Positions 30,375-40,540 of a stretch of DNA of 64,000 nt are shown piece after piece. Origin of the DNA: Spirulina sp. (GTDB lineage Bacteria; Cyanobacteriota; Cyanobacteriia; Phormidesmidales; Phormidesmidaceae); the NCBI GenBank assembly GCA_044070495.1, contig JBIPSI010000026.1, positions 12,416-76,415 of the forward strand. The letters are read 5' to 3'. Numbering within the stretch: position 1 is the first letter of the stretch; each line of letters opens with the position of its first letter. A program made the position numbers and the translations under genes. A model generated the notes under the pieces. That model saw only the letters and a list, made by a program, of their open reading frames with translations, did not search any database and was not told the origin of the DNA.

Positions 30375-31313
30375 ATGTCTACTTCTCCTTCCCCAGTCAC
30401 CAGCCCCACAGATCGAGGGCACTTGCTCACCGAACAGGCTAACCCCCGCAGTGCCCAGTTGGATCAACTCAGCCCGCTGGAACTGGTGGATTTGTTTAAC
30501 CAAGAGGATCACCGTACCGTGGCGGCCATTGCAGCGGCCCGCGAACCCCTAGCCCAGGCCATTGAGGTCATTACGTCGGCCCTGCACCAAGGGGGCAAGC
30601 TGTACTACATTGGGGCAGGTACCAGCGGTCGGTTGGGGGTGTTGGATGCGGCGGAATGTCCGCCCACCTTTTGCACCCCGCCGGAACTGGTGCAGGGCAT
30701 TTTGGCGGGAGGCCCCGCCGCCTTGATCAGAAGTTCTGAGGGCCTAGAGGACATCTTTGAGGATGGCGAAGCGGCCATGGCGGATCGTCACGTTAACGCC
30801 CTGGATGTGGTGGTGGGCATCACCGCTGGAGGCACGACGCCCTACGTCAAAGGTGCCCTCCATGCGGCCCGTCAGCGAGGGGCCAAAACCATCTTCATCG
30901 CCTGCGTACCCGCCGACCAAGCCCCCGCCCAGGTGGATATTGATATTCGCCTGCTGGTGGGGCCAGAACTGCTGGCTGGATCAACCCGGCTGAAGGCGGG
31001 CACCGTGACCAAAATGGCGCTGAACATTCTGTCCACCGGAGCGATGGTGCGCCTGGGCAAGGTCTACGGCAACCGCATGGTGGATGTAGCCGTGACCAAC
31101 AGCAAACTACGAGATCGCGCCCTGCGGATTCTCTGCGACCTCACAGATCTGGATCGCACCGCCGCCGCTGACCTGCTGGATCGCAGTGGACAACAGGTCA
31201 AACTAGCCCTGATGATGCACCTCGGCCAGCTTGAGGCCGATGCCGCCCAGCAACAGCTCACCGCCCACCAAGGGCAACTCCGACAGGCCTTAGCGGCCCT
31301 GGGGCGAGACTAG
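30375..31313 (+). CDS. murQ: N-acetylmuramic acid 6-phosphate etherase
   Basis: GAGTSGRLGVLDAAECPPTF, GSTRLKAGT, GKVYGNRMVDV. Confidence 0.97.
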   Translation: MSTSPSPVTSPTDRGHLLTEQANPRSAQLDQLSPLELVDLFNQEDHRTVAAIAAAREPLAQAIEVITSALHQGGKLYYIGAGTSGRLGVLDAAECPPTFCTPPELVQGILAGGPAALIRSSEGLEDIFEDGEAAMADRHVNALDVVVGITAGGTTPYVKGALHAARQRGAKTIFIACVPADQAPAQVDIDIRLLVGPELLAGSTRLKAGTVTKMALNILSTGAMVRLGKVYGNRMVDVAVTNSKLRDRALRILCDLTDLDRTAAADLLDRSGQQVKLALMMHLGQLEADAAQQQLTAHQGQLRQALAALGRD

Positions 31314-32393
31314 CTAGCCAAGATAGCTAACGAGGGCTTGCAGTTTCTCCCAAGCGGCTCCGCTAGCCAGAATCTCCTGAGCTAGGGTTACCCCCTGGGA
31401 AATCTCATCCGCGAGGGACGCACCCTTCACCACTTCACCCACCTTTAGCGCCAAAGCTGCATTCAGCGCTACCACATCCCGTTGGGCCGGGGTGCCTTTC
31501 CCCTGCAACACCGCTGTCAAAATGGCGACATTATCCTCTAAATCCCCTCCCTGCAAGGCACTGAGGGGAGCCTGGGTCAGGCCAAATTCCTGGGGATCAA
31601 GCACCGCTGTCGTCACCGTGTTCCCCGATACGATGGCGAGATCGGTTTTATCGCCCAAACCCGCCTCATCCAGCCGTTCGCGCCCGTGCAGCACCACCGC
31701 CTGGGGAATACCGAGCTGGCTGAGGGCATTGGCCATGGTCGTCACCACCGCCGGATCGTACACGCCAATCACCTGGCCCGTGGGTTGCAGCGGGTTCACC
31801 AACGGCCCCAGCAAGTTAAACACCGTCCGCACCTTCAGGGTGCTGCGTAACGGAGCCACCGCCTTCATGGCCGGATGCCAGCCCCGCGCAAACAAAAAGG
31901 TAATGCCCACCTCATCTAGGGCCGTTGTCACCCGTTCGGGATGGGCTTCTAGGTGAACCCCCAGCGCTTCCAGTACATCGGCAGACCCCACCTTGCTAGA
32001 GGCCGAACGGTTGCCGTGCTTAGCCACCCGTAGGCCAGCCGCCGCCGCCACAAAGGCCACCGCCGTTGAAATATTAAAGGTGTGCGATCCATCGCCGCCG
32101 GTGCCGCAGGTGTCGATACAAGGACTGGGATGGACAATCTTGGCCTCACCGCCTAGGGATTGCCCCTGCAATACCCGCGCCATGCCTGCCAGTTCCTCGG
32201 CAGATACGCCCTTGCTTTGCAACGCCGCCAACAACGCCCCCGACATCACCTCCGGAATGCTTGCACTCAGCCAGCCCCGCATTAACCCCTCTGATTCTGG
32301 CTCACTGAGGGATTCTCGCTGGATCAAGCGCTGGAGCAGGGCAGACCAATCTTGGGTTTCGGTGGCTAGGGTCACGGTAGGCAGTCCAAACAC
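31314..32393 (-). CDS. trpD: Anthranilate phosphoribosyltransferase
   Basis: [32 protein letters not shown]. Confidence 0.97.
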   Translation of the reverse strand: MFGLPTVTLATETQDWSALLQRLIQRESLSEPESEGLMRGWLSASIPEVMSGALLAALQSKGVSAEELAGMARVLQGQSLGGEAKIVHPSPCIDTCGTGGDGSHTFNISTAVAFVAAAAGLRVAKHGNRSASSKVGSADVLEALGVHLEAHPERVTTALDEVGITFLFARGWHPAMKAVAPLRSTLKVRTVFNLLGPLVNPLQPTGQVIGVYDPAVVTTMANALSQLGIPQAVVLHGRERLDEAGLGDKTDLAIVSGNTVTTAVLDPQEFGLTQAPLSALQGGDLEDNVAILTAVLQGKGTPAQRDVVALNAALALKVGEVVKGASLADEISQGVTLAQEILASGAAWEKLQALVSYLG

Positions 32394-32584
32394 AGCATCC
32401 CAGCCTTTAGGGATGGCCGAGGGATGGCCACAGGCGGGGTATAGACAATGTATCAGAAGGGGTTAGGGATTAGGGATGAGACCCCTAGTGCGCGGCCAGT
32501 TTGCCAAAATCTACAGAGTTGTCCTGACTTAGCCCCCCTCCCTCTGCAAAGACTACCTAGCACTCGCTTGGGGAAATTCGGGGC

Positions 32585-33856
32585 ATGGATACCTGCGTTA
32601 TGGCTGCGCAACTGTTGGCCCAGTGTTTGAATGGGGAGATGAGCACGAACAGGGTGGCAATCGCGCCACCGGAGATGGCCCCTGACCGGGTCGATCCAGC
32701 GAGTTCCCCATCCGTTTCCCCATCGGTTTCTGCAACGGTGGATGCGCCCACCTTAGACTGTGTGGCCTGGGGTGGAACGCCCAAGCCCAAGGATAACGGA
32801 GAGACCAACGGCTGCACCGTCGCCGCCCGCCCTGACCCACCCGCCACGGGGCTACCCCCATCCCTCCCCCTCCACGCTGCCCCCATCGCTGTCGAACCAC
32901 CGCCATCACCGCCCCTGGTTGCCGCTGCCCCTACGCCATCTGCGAACCCCTTACCCCCCATCCCGGCACCGATCCAACCCACCCTAGCGACTCCATCCCC
33001 CGCCTTGGCCTGGGCGGCGGGGTCAAATTCCGCCGTCAGAACCGATTCAGCGATCAGGCCAGATCCAGGCGTTAGGATGGAGGGGATACGTCTGCCGCGT
33101 GATCGTTCTCCTGGCCTAGGTGCTCCGGCCATCAGCGATCCCTGGCCCACCAGCGGTAGTCGGCCCAGCAACGGCAACCAAATGTATGCCCTGCGGCGGG
33201 CCTCGTTGCAGGCGGGGCAAATGTATACCCGTGCCAATCCCCAGCGCTACCAAAATCAGTGGCAACGCACCACCGCCAGCCCTACCCACCAAGATTGGCA
33301 AGCCCTGCTACAACGGGAGGCCACGGTGATGGCCCAGGCCCAGGGTCGCAACCGCCTAACGGTGATCGTGGGGGATTCCCTCGCCCTGTGGATGCCCCCG
33401 GAAGCCCTGCCCCAGAATCGGTTTTGGCTAAACCAAAGCATTTCCGGCGAAACCACGAGTCACATGCTCCGCCGTCTGCACTATTTCGCCAATGCCCGCC
33501 CCGATACGATTCACATCATGGCGGGCATCAATGACCTTAAACAGGGCGCTTCCGAGGACTCGGTGGTGCGGAATCTTCAGCAGATGGTGCGGCAACTGCG
33601 CCAACAGCACCCCCAGGCCCAGATTGTGGTGCATTCCATTTTGCCCACCCGCTGGGAAAGCCTACCCAGTGACCGAATTCAGCGGGTGAATGGTCGGTTG
33701 GCCCAACTGGCCCACCAGCCAGGGGTGAGCTTTGTGGATTTGCAGACTTCCTTTGCCGACAACCAGGGCCAACTGCGACGCGAACTCACCACCGATGGAC
33801 TGCACCTCAGTCGCCAGGGCTATGCCGTGTGGCGAACCGCTTTGGTAAGCTATTGA
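32585..33856 (+). CDS. SGNH/GDSL hydrolase with a Pro-rich N-terminus
   Basis: GDSL, NQSISG, GIND and DGLH blocks. The start is uncertain. Confidence 0.85.
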   Translation: MDTCVMAAQLLAQCLNGEMSTNRVAIAPPEMAPDRVDPASSPSVSPSVSATVDAPTLDCVAWGGTPKPKDNGETNGCTVAARPDPPATGLPPSLPLHAAPIAVEPPPSPPLVAAAPTPSANPLPPIPAPIQPTLATPSPALAWAAGSNSAVRTDSAIRPDPGVRMEGIRLPRDRSPGLGAPAISDPWPTSGSRPSNGNQMYALRRASLQAGQMYTRANPQRYQNQWQRTTASPTHQDWQALLQREATVMAQAQGRNRLTVIVGDSLALWMPPEALPQNRFWLNQSISGETTSHMLRRLHYFANARPDTIHIMAGINDLKQGASEDSVVRNLQQMVRQLRQQHPQAQIVVHSILPTRWESLPSDRIQRVNGRLAQLAHQPGVSFVDLQTSFADNQGQLRRELTTDGLHLSRQGYAVWRTALVSY

Positions 33857-33944
33857 AACCTTGCACCCTGGGCTAGGGAATTGCCCTTGACTTGGCCCAT
33901 CGACGGTGTGGATACGGGAAATTGCCCCCGGATGGAGCTTGCCC

Positions 33945-34778
33945 ATGGATATTGTTGCCATTGTCGTTAGTGCCCTAATGGCCCTTGTGGCCCCCGCCGG
34001 GGTGGTGCTCGATACCCTCGCCGCCGATTCCCTGCGTCGTCAGGTGGCGGAGGTGGATGACCTCTATGTGCGTATTGATAACGTCCCCAACTACCAGATC
34101 ATCAACGGACGGGTTGATCAAGCCCGTGTGGCGGCGCGGGGGGTCTATCCTCGCCAACTGCCCGACCTGCGTATTGCGGCTATCGATCTCGAAACCGACA
34201 CGGTGGCGGTGGATGTGGGAGCCTTGCAGCGGGGCCAGCTCAAGCTCAATGCCCCGGCCCAGGCGGCCCTGCGGTTAAGGATTCAGGCCAGCGACATCAA
34301 TACCTTTCTGGCCTCGCCCCAGGTACAAACTTGGCTGAATACCCTTCAGTTCAGCCTGCCAGGGGAAGCGGGGGATCGAACCCAGCAACGCTACGGCCTC
34401 GCCAACCCCACCCTAGAATTTCTAGAAGGGGATCGCTTGCGATTGGTGGTGGATTTGGAGGATCGGGTGCTGGCCGAAACCATCCCCATCACCCTGGAAA
34501 CTGGGGTGGCGGTGGTGAATGGCCATCGGTTTGAGCTAGTTCAGCCTCGCCTAGAGATTGAAGGGGAATTGGCCCCGCCAGAACTGGTGACCAGCTTTGC
34601 CGATGGGGCTAGCCAAGAATTTTCCCTGCGGCGACTGGAGGAATGGGGACTCACGTCACGCATTTTGGCCTTTAATGTGCGGGACAACGAACTCGATATT
34701 GCCCTCTTTGCCCGCCTCGAACCCGACTCGCCGTTTTTACAACGACAGACGTTACAGCCATCGTCGTTACAGCCATAA
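33945..34778 (+). CDS. DUF2993/LmeA-family protein
   Basis: N-terminal TM and VRIDNVPNYQIINGRV pattern. Confidence 0.7.
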   Translation: MDIVAIVVSALMALVAPAGVVLDTLAADSLRRQVAEVDDLYVRIDNVPNYQIINGRVDQARVAARGVYPRQLPDLRIAAIDLETDTVAVDVGALQRGQLKLNAPAQAALRLRIQASDINTFLASPQVQTWLNTLQFSLPGEAGDRTQQRYGLANPTLEFLEGDRLRLVVDLEDRVLAETIPITLETGVAVVNGHRFELVQPRLEIEGELAPPELVTSFADGASQEFSLRRLEEWGLTSRILAFNVRDNELDIALFARLEPDSPFLQRQTLQPSSLQP

Positions 34779-34892
34779 ACCTGTCGCGACCAACTTTACC
34801 GCAATAGACAGAGGCCCAAGCTGTCCCATCTGCGCCATAATTTGGGCGAATTTGATCTAGCCTGACAGTGTGATCTCATTTGGGAGGCCCCC

Positions 34893-35582
34893 ATGGACTA
34901 CAAAGACAAACTGCGTCGCATTCCCCTTGGAGTGGCTGCGGGGCTGGCAACCCTGGTGCTAGCATCTGGCGGTTCGGTGGCTTGGTTCACCTGGCGATCT
35001 CTGAACCCGGTGCCTCCCGTGGCCGAGTTTCCGCCCCTAGAGGTCACCCCCACCCAGCCCGATCAAACCCTACCGCCCCAAACGGATCCCGCCACCGATC
35101 CGACGGTGCCCCAGGTGTCCCAGGGCGAACCCAGCGCCCCCGCCACCGAGCAAACCGGGCAAATCTTTTGGCTGAAGGACGAGGGCGGACAACTGCAACT
35201 GGTACCCGAAGCCATCACCGTCGCCGGAGATCTCTCCCCCGATGCCCAGGTAAAAGCCGCCTTTGACAGCCTGCTCGCCAAAACGGGCGACGCCGAGCAA
35301 GACGCCTTCACCACCATCCCCGAACAAACCCAACTGCTGGCCGCCACCGTAGAAGAGGACGGCATTCACGTCGATCTCTCGGCCAACTTCACCAGCGGCG
35401 GGGGTAGCGCTTCCATGACCGGACGCCTCGGCCAAGTGATCTACACCGCCACCGCCTTCGACCCCGCCGCCCCAGTGTGGATTTCCGTGGATGGCCAACC
35501 CCTCACCCTCCTCGGTGGCGAAGGGCTGGAAGTGAGCCAACCCATGACCCGCGACGACTTTAACCAAGGCTTTGGCTTCTAG
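34893..35582 (+). CDS. GerMN-domain protein
   Basis: TTIPEQTQLL, VDLSANFTSGGGSASM, QVIYTAT. Confidence 0.88.
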   Translation: MDYKDKLRRIPLGVAAGLATLVLASGGSVAWFTWRSLNPVPPVAEFPPLEVTPTQPDQTLPPQTDPATDPTVPQVSQGEPSAPATEQTGQIFWLKDEGGQLQLVPEAITVAGDLSPDAQVKAAFDSLLAKTGDAEQDAFTTIPEQTQLLAATVEEDGIHVDLSANFTSGGGSASMTGRLGQVIYTATAFDPAAPVWISVDGQPLTLLGGEGLEVSQPMTRDDFNQGFGF

Positions 35583-36702
35583 ATCGCCGTCCCCTCCCTT
35601 TGCGGCAGGGATACCCCCCACCCTCTCCCTTCAAGGGTGTTTGGCCCAAGCCCTCTCCCCCGTGGTGGCCAGGGCGATGTCCGCTTGCGGGTACGACTCC
35701 CCATTTCCCCCCTCGACGGAACGCGCCGCTCCACTGCCCCCCCTACGCTTCAGTCGAGATCGGCAGGATATCGCCTACCTCTATCGCCCCAGTCTCATCC
35801 ATCCCAGCATCACCCACCCCGATACAGACCATCCCAGCGCCAAATCGGGGGCCATCCCCGCTGACCTCACCGCCGCCCTAGTGTCCCAATGGGCCGATTT
35901 ATTCCCTGATAATCCCACCAAAAACGTAGGGGCAGGGTCTCCCTACCCAACCACACCGAGGGCAGACAACCCAGATTTAGCCATAGATTCCCCTAACCAA
36001 GCTTCCCTAGCCCCAGACTCCTTGATTCTTGCCGATTGGGAAACTTACCTGAGCACCCACACCACCGCCCATGCCCTCCCCAGCGGACAACTGCTGCTGC
36101 GCCCCACCGCCACCGCCCTAGGCACCTGGCTTTGGGTCTTTACCCACACCTGCCCACCACCGCCCACCCCCACGGACTCAGCCCCGATCCCCTTTCCCCA
36201 AAAGCAAGCCCCCCTAGCCGAAGCCCTGCACCTGTCTTCCCTGGCGCTGCTGCAATACACCCACATGCGCTGCCACCAGTTGGTCCAGCGTTCCCTGACT
36301 CTATCCCCAAGTCCACCCCTATTCACCGACCCAGACCTAGCCAAGGGTTTGGCCCTGGCCCTGAGTCAACCCACGGGGCGGCGGCTTCTGCGTTCCTTGG
36401 TGACCCTTGTGGATCACCTAGCGATGGGTCATGGCACCGATGAGCCAGCCCCAAATGAGCGGCCTTCGCCTATCACCCCATCCACAGATTCTCCAGGCAC
36501 AACCAACCCTGTCCCGCCCCCAGCCCTAAATCAGGGGTTTCTCAAGGGCTATCACCTGTGTGAATCGGTGGATCAGTGGCTACGGGAAATTGTGGGGCAT
36601 TCCGAGGATCCAGCCACTCTACTCCTGCTGCAAGGAATTTCCCTAGGCTTAGCTCACCTGCTTCAGGGGTGGCTTCAGGCTACAGCCCCCGTCCAGCTTT
36701 AG
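35572..36702 (+). CDS. Divergent DALR (ArgRS anticodon-binding)-like protein
   Basis: LQYTHMRCHQL resembles the QYAHAR motif, and the C-terminus LLQGWLQATAPVQL resembles the DALR end. The start is uncertain. Confidence 0.5.
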   Translation: MASRSPSPPFAAGIPPTLSLQGCLAQALSPVVARAMSACGYDSPFPPSTERAAPLPPLRFSRDRQDIAYLYRPSLIHPSITHPDTDHPSAKSGAIPADLTAALVSQWADLFPDNPTKNVGAGSPYPTTPRADNPDLAIDSPNQASLAPDSLILADWETYLSTHTTAHALPSGQLLLRPTATALGTWLWVFTHTCPPPPTPTDSAPIPFPQKQAPLAEALHLSSLALLQYTHMRCHQLVQRSLTLSPSPPLFTDPDLAKGLALALSQPTGRRLLRSLVTLVDHLAMGHGTDEPAPNERPSPITPSTDSPGTTNPVPPPALNQGFLKGYHLCESVDQWLREIVGHSEDPATLLLLQGISLGLAHLLQGWLQATAPVQL

Positions 36703-36841
36703 GTTCGCGGTTATGGCAATGGAAGACGGCCATCTATTGATTAACCTATTCCCTTAAAGGGAGCTAGGGTCATAAGAAATCCTGGTTGAAAATGGCTGTA
36801 ATTGGGATGACATCGCTGAAAACCTTAACTATAATAAAGAA

Positions 36842-36905
36842 CGTGTGAGGAGCGAACCAGAGGAGATGCCGAGACGAAACACGGCCAGTCGTCGGCATCT
36901 CTTTT
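36842..36905 (+). ncRNA. Yfr2-family sRNA
   Basis: TATAAT at 36830-36835, 5' GTGTGAGGAG (complementary to the Yfr1 motif CTCCTCACAC), and a hairpin GAGATGCCGA...TCGGCATCTC with GAAACA in the loop followed by a T-tract. Confidence 0.8.
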
Positions 36906-37193
36906 GTTTTAAATACTTTTTCCTACCATCCCCTTCAACAGGTAGGAGCTATGAAGAACTTATAGGTCAACAGTAGTGGTGCAGGTGTAGGTTGGGTGCA
37001 GCGGAGCGGAACCCAACAACCTAGGAGATTTCTAGGAAAGAAGATCCCTGCTTTAGGCGGGGACCATAGCCACCGTAGGGTGGGCACTGCCCACTATGAG
37101 GGAGAACGTTTTCCAGAAATCTCCTAAGGTTTGGGTGGGCGAGGAGACCTCGCCCCCTACAGGTGATTAGACGGGTGGAGGATCGGGGGCAGA

Positions 37194-38738
37194 TTATCCA
37201 TGGGGCGTTTGCAGGCAGCGGATGGCCTCTAGCATTCCACGGGCTTTGTTGAGGGTTTCTTGGTACTCGCTTTGGGGTACGGAATCGGCCACCAGACCTG
37301 CCCCAGCCTGGACGCTGACGGTGTGTCCACCATCGGGTTTGGCCTGCACAATCATGGTGCGAATGGTGATGGCGGTATTGAGTTGGCCCTCGAAGTCGTA
37401 GTAGCCGTAGACACCGGAGTAGGGGCCACGGCGGCAGGGTTCCAGGTCGTGGATAATCTGCATGGCGCGAATTTTCGGCGCACCGCTGACGGTACCCGCC
37501 GGGAAGCAAGCCTTGAGCAAATCCCAGGCGGTTTTGCTGGGTTCCAGTTCTCCCACCACGTTGCTGACGATGTGCATGACGTGGGAGTAGCGTTCCACCA
37601 CCATCAGTTCATCCACCCGTACGGTGCCGCTGGTGCAGACGCGGCCTAGGTCGTTGCGGCCCAAATCCACCAGCATGACGTGTTCGGCGATTTCCTTGGG
37701 GTCGGCCAGCAGGTCTTCTTCGTAGGCTTTGTCTGCGGCGGCGGTTTTGCCCCTGGGGCGCGTTCCGGCAATGGGGCGCACGGTGGCAATGCGGGGAGAC
37801 TCTGGCCCATTATCCAGGGTGGCCTTTACCATCACTTCCGGGCTGGAGCCGATGATCTGCCAGTCTTGGAAATTGAAGTAGGCCATGTAGGGAGAGGGGT
37901 TGATCTGCCGCAGGGAGCGGTACAGATCGAAGGGTTGCCCCCCATATTCCGTGGACAGCCGCTGGGAAATGACGACCTGGAAAATGTCTCCGGCCTGGAT
38001 GTGCTCCTTGGCCCGATCCACACAGGCACAGAATTCTTCGGGGGTGCGGTTGCTGGTAAAAGCCAAGGGTTCCTCGCCGCGATGTCCTGGCGGTGCCCAG
38101 GGTAAGCGTCCTTGCTTTTCCGACAAGGGCAACGTGAGTTTTTCGACGAGTTGACCCACCCGACCACAGGCTTCTTCGTAGGCTGCACGGGGATCGCGGC
38201 TGGAATCTCGCAGGTCGGCATAGGCAATGGCCCACACCTTGCGCTGCACCTGGTCAAAAATTAGCAAACTATCCACCTGCATCCACAGGCCGTCGGGTAA
38301 CTCATCCTCGGTGGCGGGATAGACGGGCACAGTGGGTTCAATCCAGCGGATCAGTTCGTAGCCCCAAAAGCCAAACAGGCCACCAATACCGGAGGGCAGG
38401 GCCGGAATTTTGACCGGATGGTAGGGGGCGAGGCAGTCCGCCAAAATCTCGAAGGGGTTGCCCTCAAAGCGGTTCACGGTGCCGTCTCGGTGGGTTTGGG
38501 TGGAGACTTCGCCCCGGCTTTCCATCACCCACAGCGGGTCGCAGCCGAGGAAACTATAGCGGCCCAGGGTTTCGCCCCCCTCCACCGACTCCAGCAAAAA
38601 GCTGTAGGGTTGCCCCGCACAGACCTTATACCAGGCCGAAACGGGGGTATCCAAATCCGCCAACCACTCTTGGTAGACCGGAACAAAGTTACCCTGGCTG
38701 GCGTAGGTCTGAAACTGCTCGAAGGACGGGGAGATCAT
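37194..38738 (-). CDS. trpE: Anthranilate synthase component I
   Basis: FLLESVEGGE, NPSPYM, RPIAGTRPRG, EHVMLVDLGRND, GTVSGAPKIRAM. Confidence 0.97.
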   Translation of the reverse strand: MISPSFEQFQTYASQGNFVPVYQEWLADLDTPVSAWYKVCAGQPYSFLLESVEGGETLGRYSFLGCDPLWVMESRGEVSTQTHRDGTVNRFEGNPFEILADCLAPYHPVKIPALPSGIGGLFGFWGYELIRWIEPTVPVYPATEDELPDGLWMQVDSLLIFDQVQRKVWAIAYADLRDSSRDPRAAYEEACGRVGQLVEKLTLPLSEKQGRLPWAPPGHRGEEPLAFTSNRTPEEFCACVDRAKEHIQAGDIFQVVISQRLSTEYGGQPFDLYRSLRQINPSPYMAYFNFQDWQIIGSSPEVMVKATLDNGPESPRIATVRPIAGTRPRGKTAAADKAYEEDLLADPKEIAEHVMLVDLGRNDLGRVCTSGTVRVDELMVVERYSHVMHIVSNVVGELEPSKTAWDLLKACFPAGTVSGAPKIRAMQIIHDLEPCRRGPYSGVYGYYDFEGQLNTAITIRTMIVQAKPDGGHTVSVQAGAGLVADSVPQSEYQETLNKARGMLEAIRCLQTPHG

Positions 38739-38884
38739 GGGGCTATTCTACAAACCGAGAAAAGTAAAAAGGGCATAGCGTTGCCATGCCCCAGGTATCA
38801 GGATATAGATGTTTGCAACAGAGAGAACAACCAAAAGGAGTAGACCATTACTGCGAAAGCAACGATTACGGTCAGCGACCGAAT

Positions 38885-39313
38885 CTAGACTTCGTAGGGG
38901 GCCTTGCCGCTGAATTTGACGGTGGCCGGATCGGGGTTGGAACCGATGTTGCGAGCCACGCTGCCCACGGCGGTACGGCCTTCGTTCACCTTCTCAGGGA
39001 AGACGCCATCGGCGGGGTGCAGATATTGGGTCTCGCCGCTGGGATAGATGCGGTAGATCTTGAAATCTTCAATTTTGGGCTTGAACTTGGTGCGAAGCTG
39101 GGTGCCTAGGGCAAGACACTGCTCTTTGCGGGCCAGATACAGAAGGTTTTCCCCTTCATTCATCATGGCCGCGCCACCCGTGGGCATTTCAAAAACCTGC
39201 TTCTTAGAGCTGGTCCAGGTGATGGCGTATTTTTCCTCAACCTGAGCCTTGGTCAGAAGGCCGCCGGTGCTGCCCCCGAAAATAGGTGTTTGACCTGTAA
39301 GCGTTTCAGTCAT
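38885..39313 (-). CDS. psaD: Photosystem I subunit II
   Basis: [41 protein letters not shown]. Confidence 0.99.
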   Translation of the reverse strand: MTETLTGQTPIFGGSTGGLLTKAQVEEKYAITWTSSKKQVFEMPTGGAAMMNEGENLLYLARKEQCLALGTQLRTKFKPKIEDFKIYRIYPSGETQYLHPADGVFPEKVNEGRTAVGSVARNIGSNPDPATVKFSGKAPYEV

Positions 39314-39644
39314 GAATTCCTATCTCTCAACCGTTTGTTGGGAATCCTATCATCGCGACCCTAGACAGTAATACCAATTGTTGAGGAAGTGTAACAGTTC
39401 TTCAGAGAAACCTGGGCTTTCTTCACCCTGGGATCCCTCAAACCACCGCCACAGAACCCATCTAGAACGGGTAAACGCTGTGGGTCAGGAATTTTCACCC
39501 TATCTAGGACGACCCTTTGCAGACCCCCCAAGATGACCCAGGGAACGGCCACGCCGACGCTAGCAGAAACACGCTCTACCGATTGCTGTCAAGGATTTAC
39601 GCCATCGCTGGGGAACCGCTTGTCAACGCCTTGTACAGAGACGC

Positions 39645-40292
39645 TTACATCACCCCAAACAACGTAGCGGCCCGTTCACCAATGGCGTGCAGATTCCGGA
39701 GAAGATCGTGGCGGATGTGGCGTTCTAGCAGGCCAGCGGGCATGGCACGGGGCGGACAAATCAGCAGGTCGTAGCCCAGGCGAGTACGGGGGGCCGTCGC
39801 ACTGGCCAAGGGTGAGAGCGTCCATTGGCCCTCAAACTGGCGAAAATCCCCTTCCACCATGGTAAAACGCAGTTCATGGGGGAAATTCTCCACCGTATCC
39901 AGCACCACACGGGCACAGAACCGCACATTCAGCAAAGACTGGGCACCCACTTGCTCTAGGCGAATACCACCCTCAGGGTGACGGAGGCGGCGGCTCTGGA
40001 CAAGGTTGGGAATAAACTCGGCCAGATTATCGTAGTCGGTGAGAATCTGCCAAAGCTGCTCGACGGTGAAGGGCAAATCGGTAATGGCGTGGATGCGGCG
40101 CTGACGACCCGCTAGCTTTTCAGTGTGGATGGCAATGCCGCCCTCAATGCGGTCTTCAATCTCGTCATCCTCAGCCTGATCTTCCCCCTCGTCCCAGTCG
40201 TCCTGCAAGGCTAGGGCATCGTCAACGGCCCAGCTACTCGCCTCCAAGGGCGCACCTTCAGACAAGGATCGGTTGTGGAAATCGGTGGTCAT
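39645..40292 (-). CDS. SRPBCC/polyketide cyclase-dehydrase family protein
   Basis: WQILTDYDNLAEFIPNL, MVEGDFRQFEGQW. Confidence 0.85.
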   Translation of the reverse strand: MTTDFHNRSLSEGAPLEASSWAVDDALALQDDWDEGEDQAEDDEIEDRIEGGIAIHTEKLAGRQRRIHAITDLPFTVEQLWQILTDYDNLAEFIPNLVQSRRLRHPEGGIRLEQVGAQSLLNVRFCARVVLDTVENFPHELRFTMVEGDFRQFEGQWTLSPLASATAPRTRLGYDLLICPPRAMPAGLLERHIRHDLLRNLHAIGERAATLFGVM

Positions 40293-40540
40293 GGCATCGA
40301 TCAGGATTTCTTTGCCCAGAATACCAGCAAAGTTTGCCCGCAGAGCCGCCCCACCCTAGATACCTCGTCCTTAGAAGGAGAGCGAGGCTAGCTGTACGCG
40401 AAAGGGATGGCCTCTGAAGGGGCCATTTAGACTCAATCCGGCTTGCTCACCCCCTGATGTCGGCGGGCGAGGAGACCTCGCCCCTACTACGGCTAGGCTT
40501 GGGGGTCGGGGTTGTGGATGCAGATTGGGGATGACTGGGC

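Noticed and set aside
37021..37509. 162-aa ORF overlapping the trpE 3' end
   Set aside because: An alternative frame running through REP elements; spurious.
39385..39410. HLR1 (RpaB) site upstream of psaD
   Set aside because: Only one good half-site (GTTACAC on the minus strand) is visible; insufficient.
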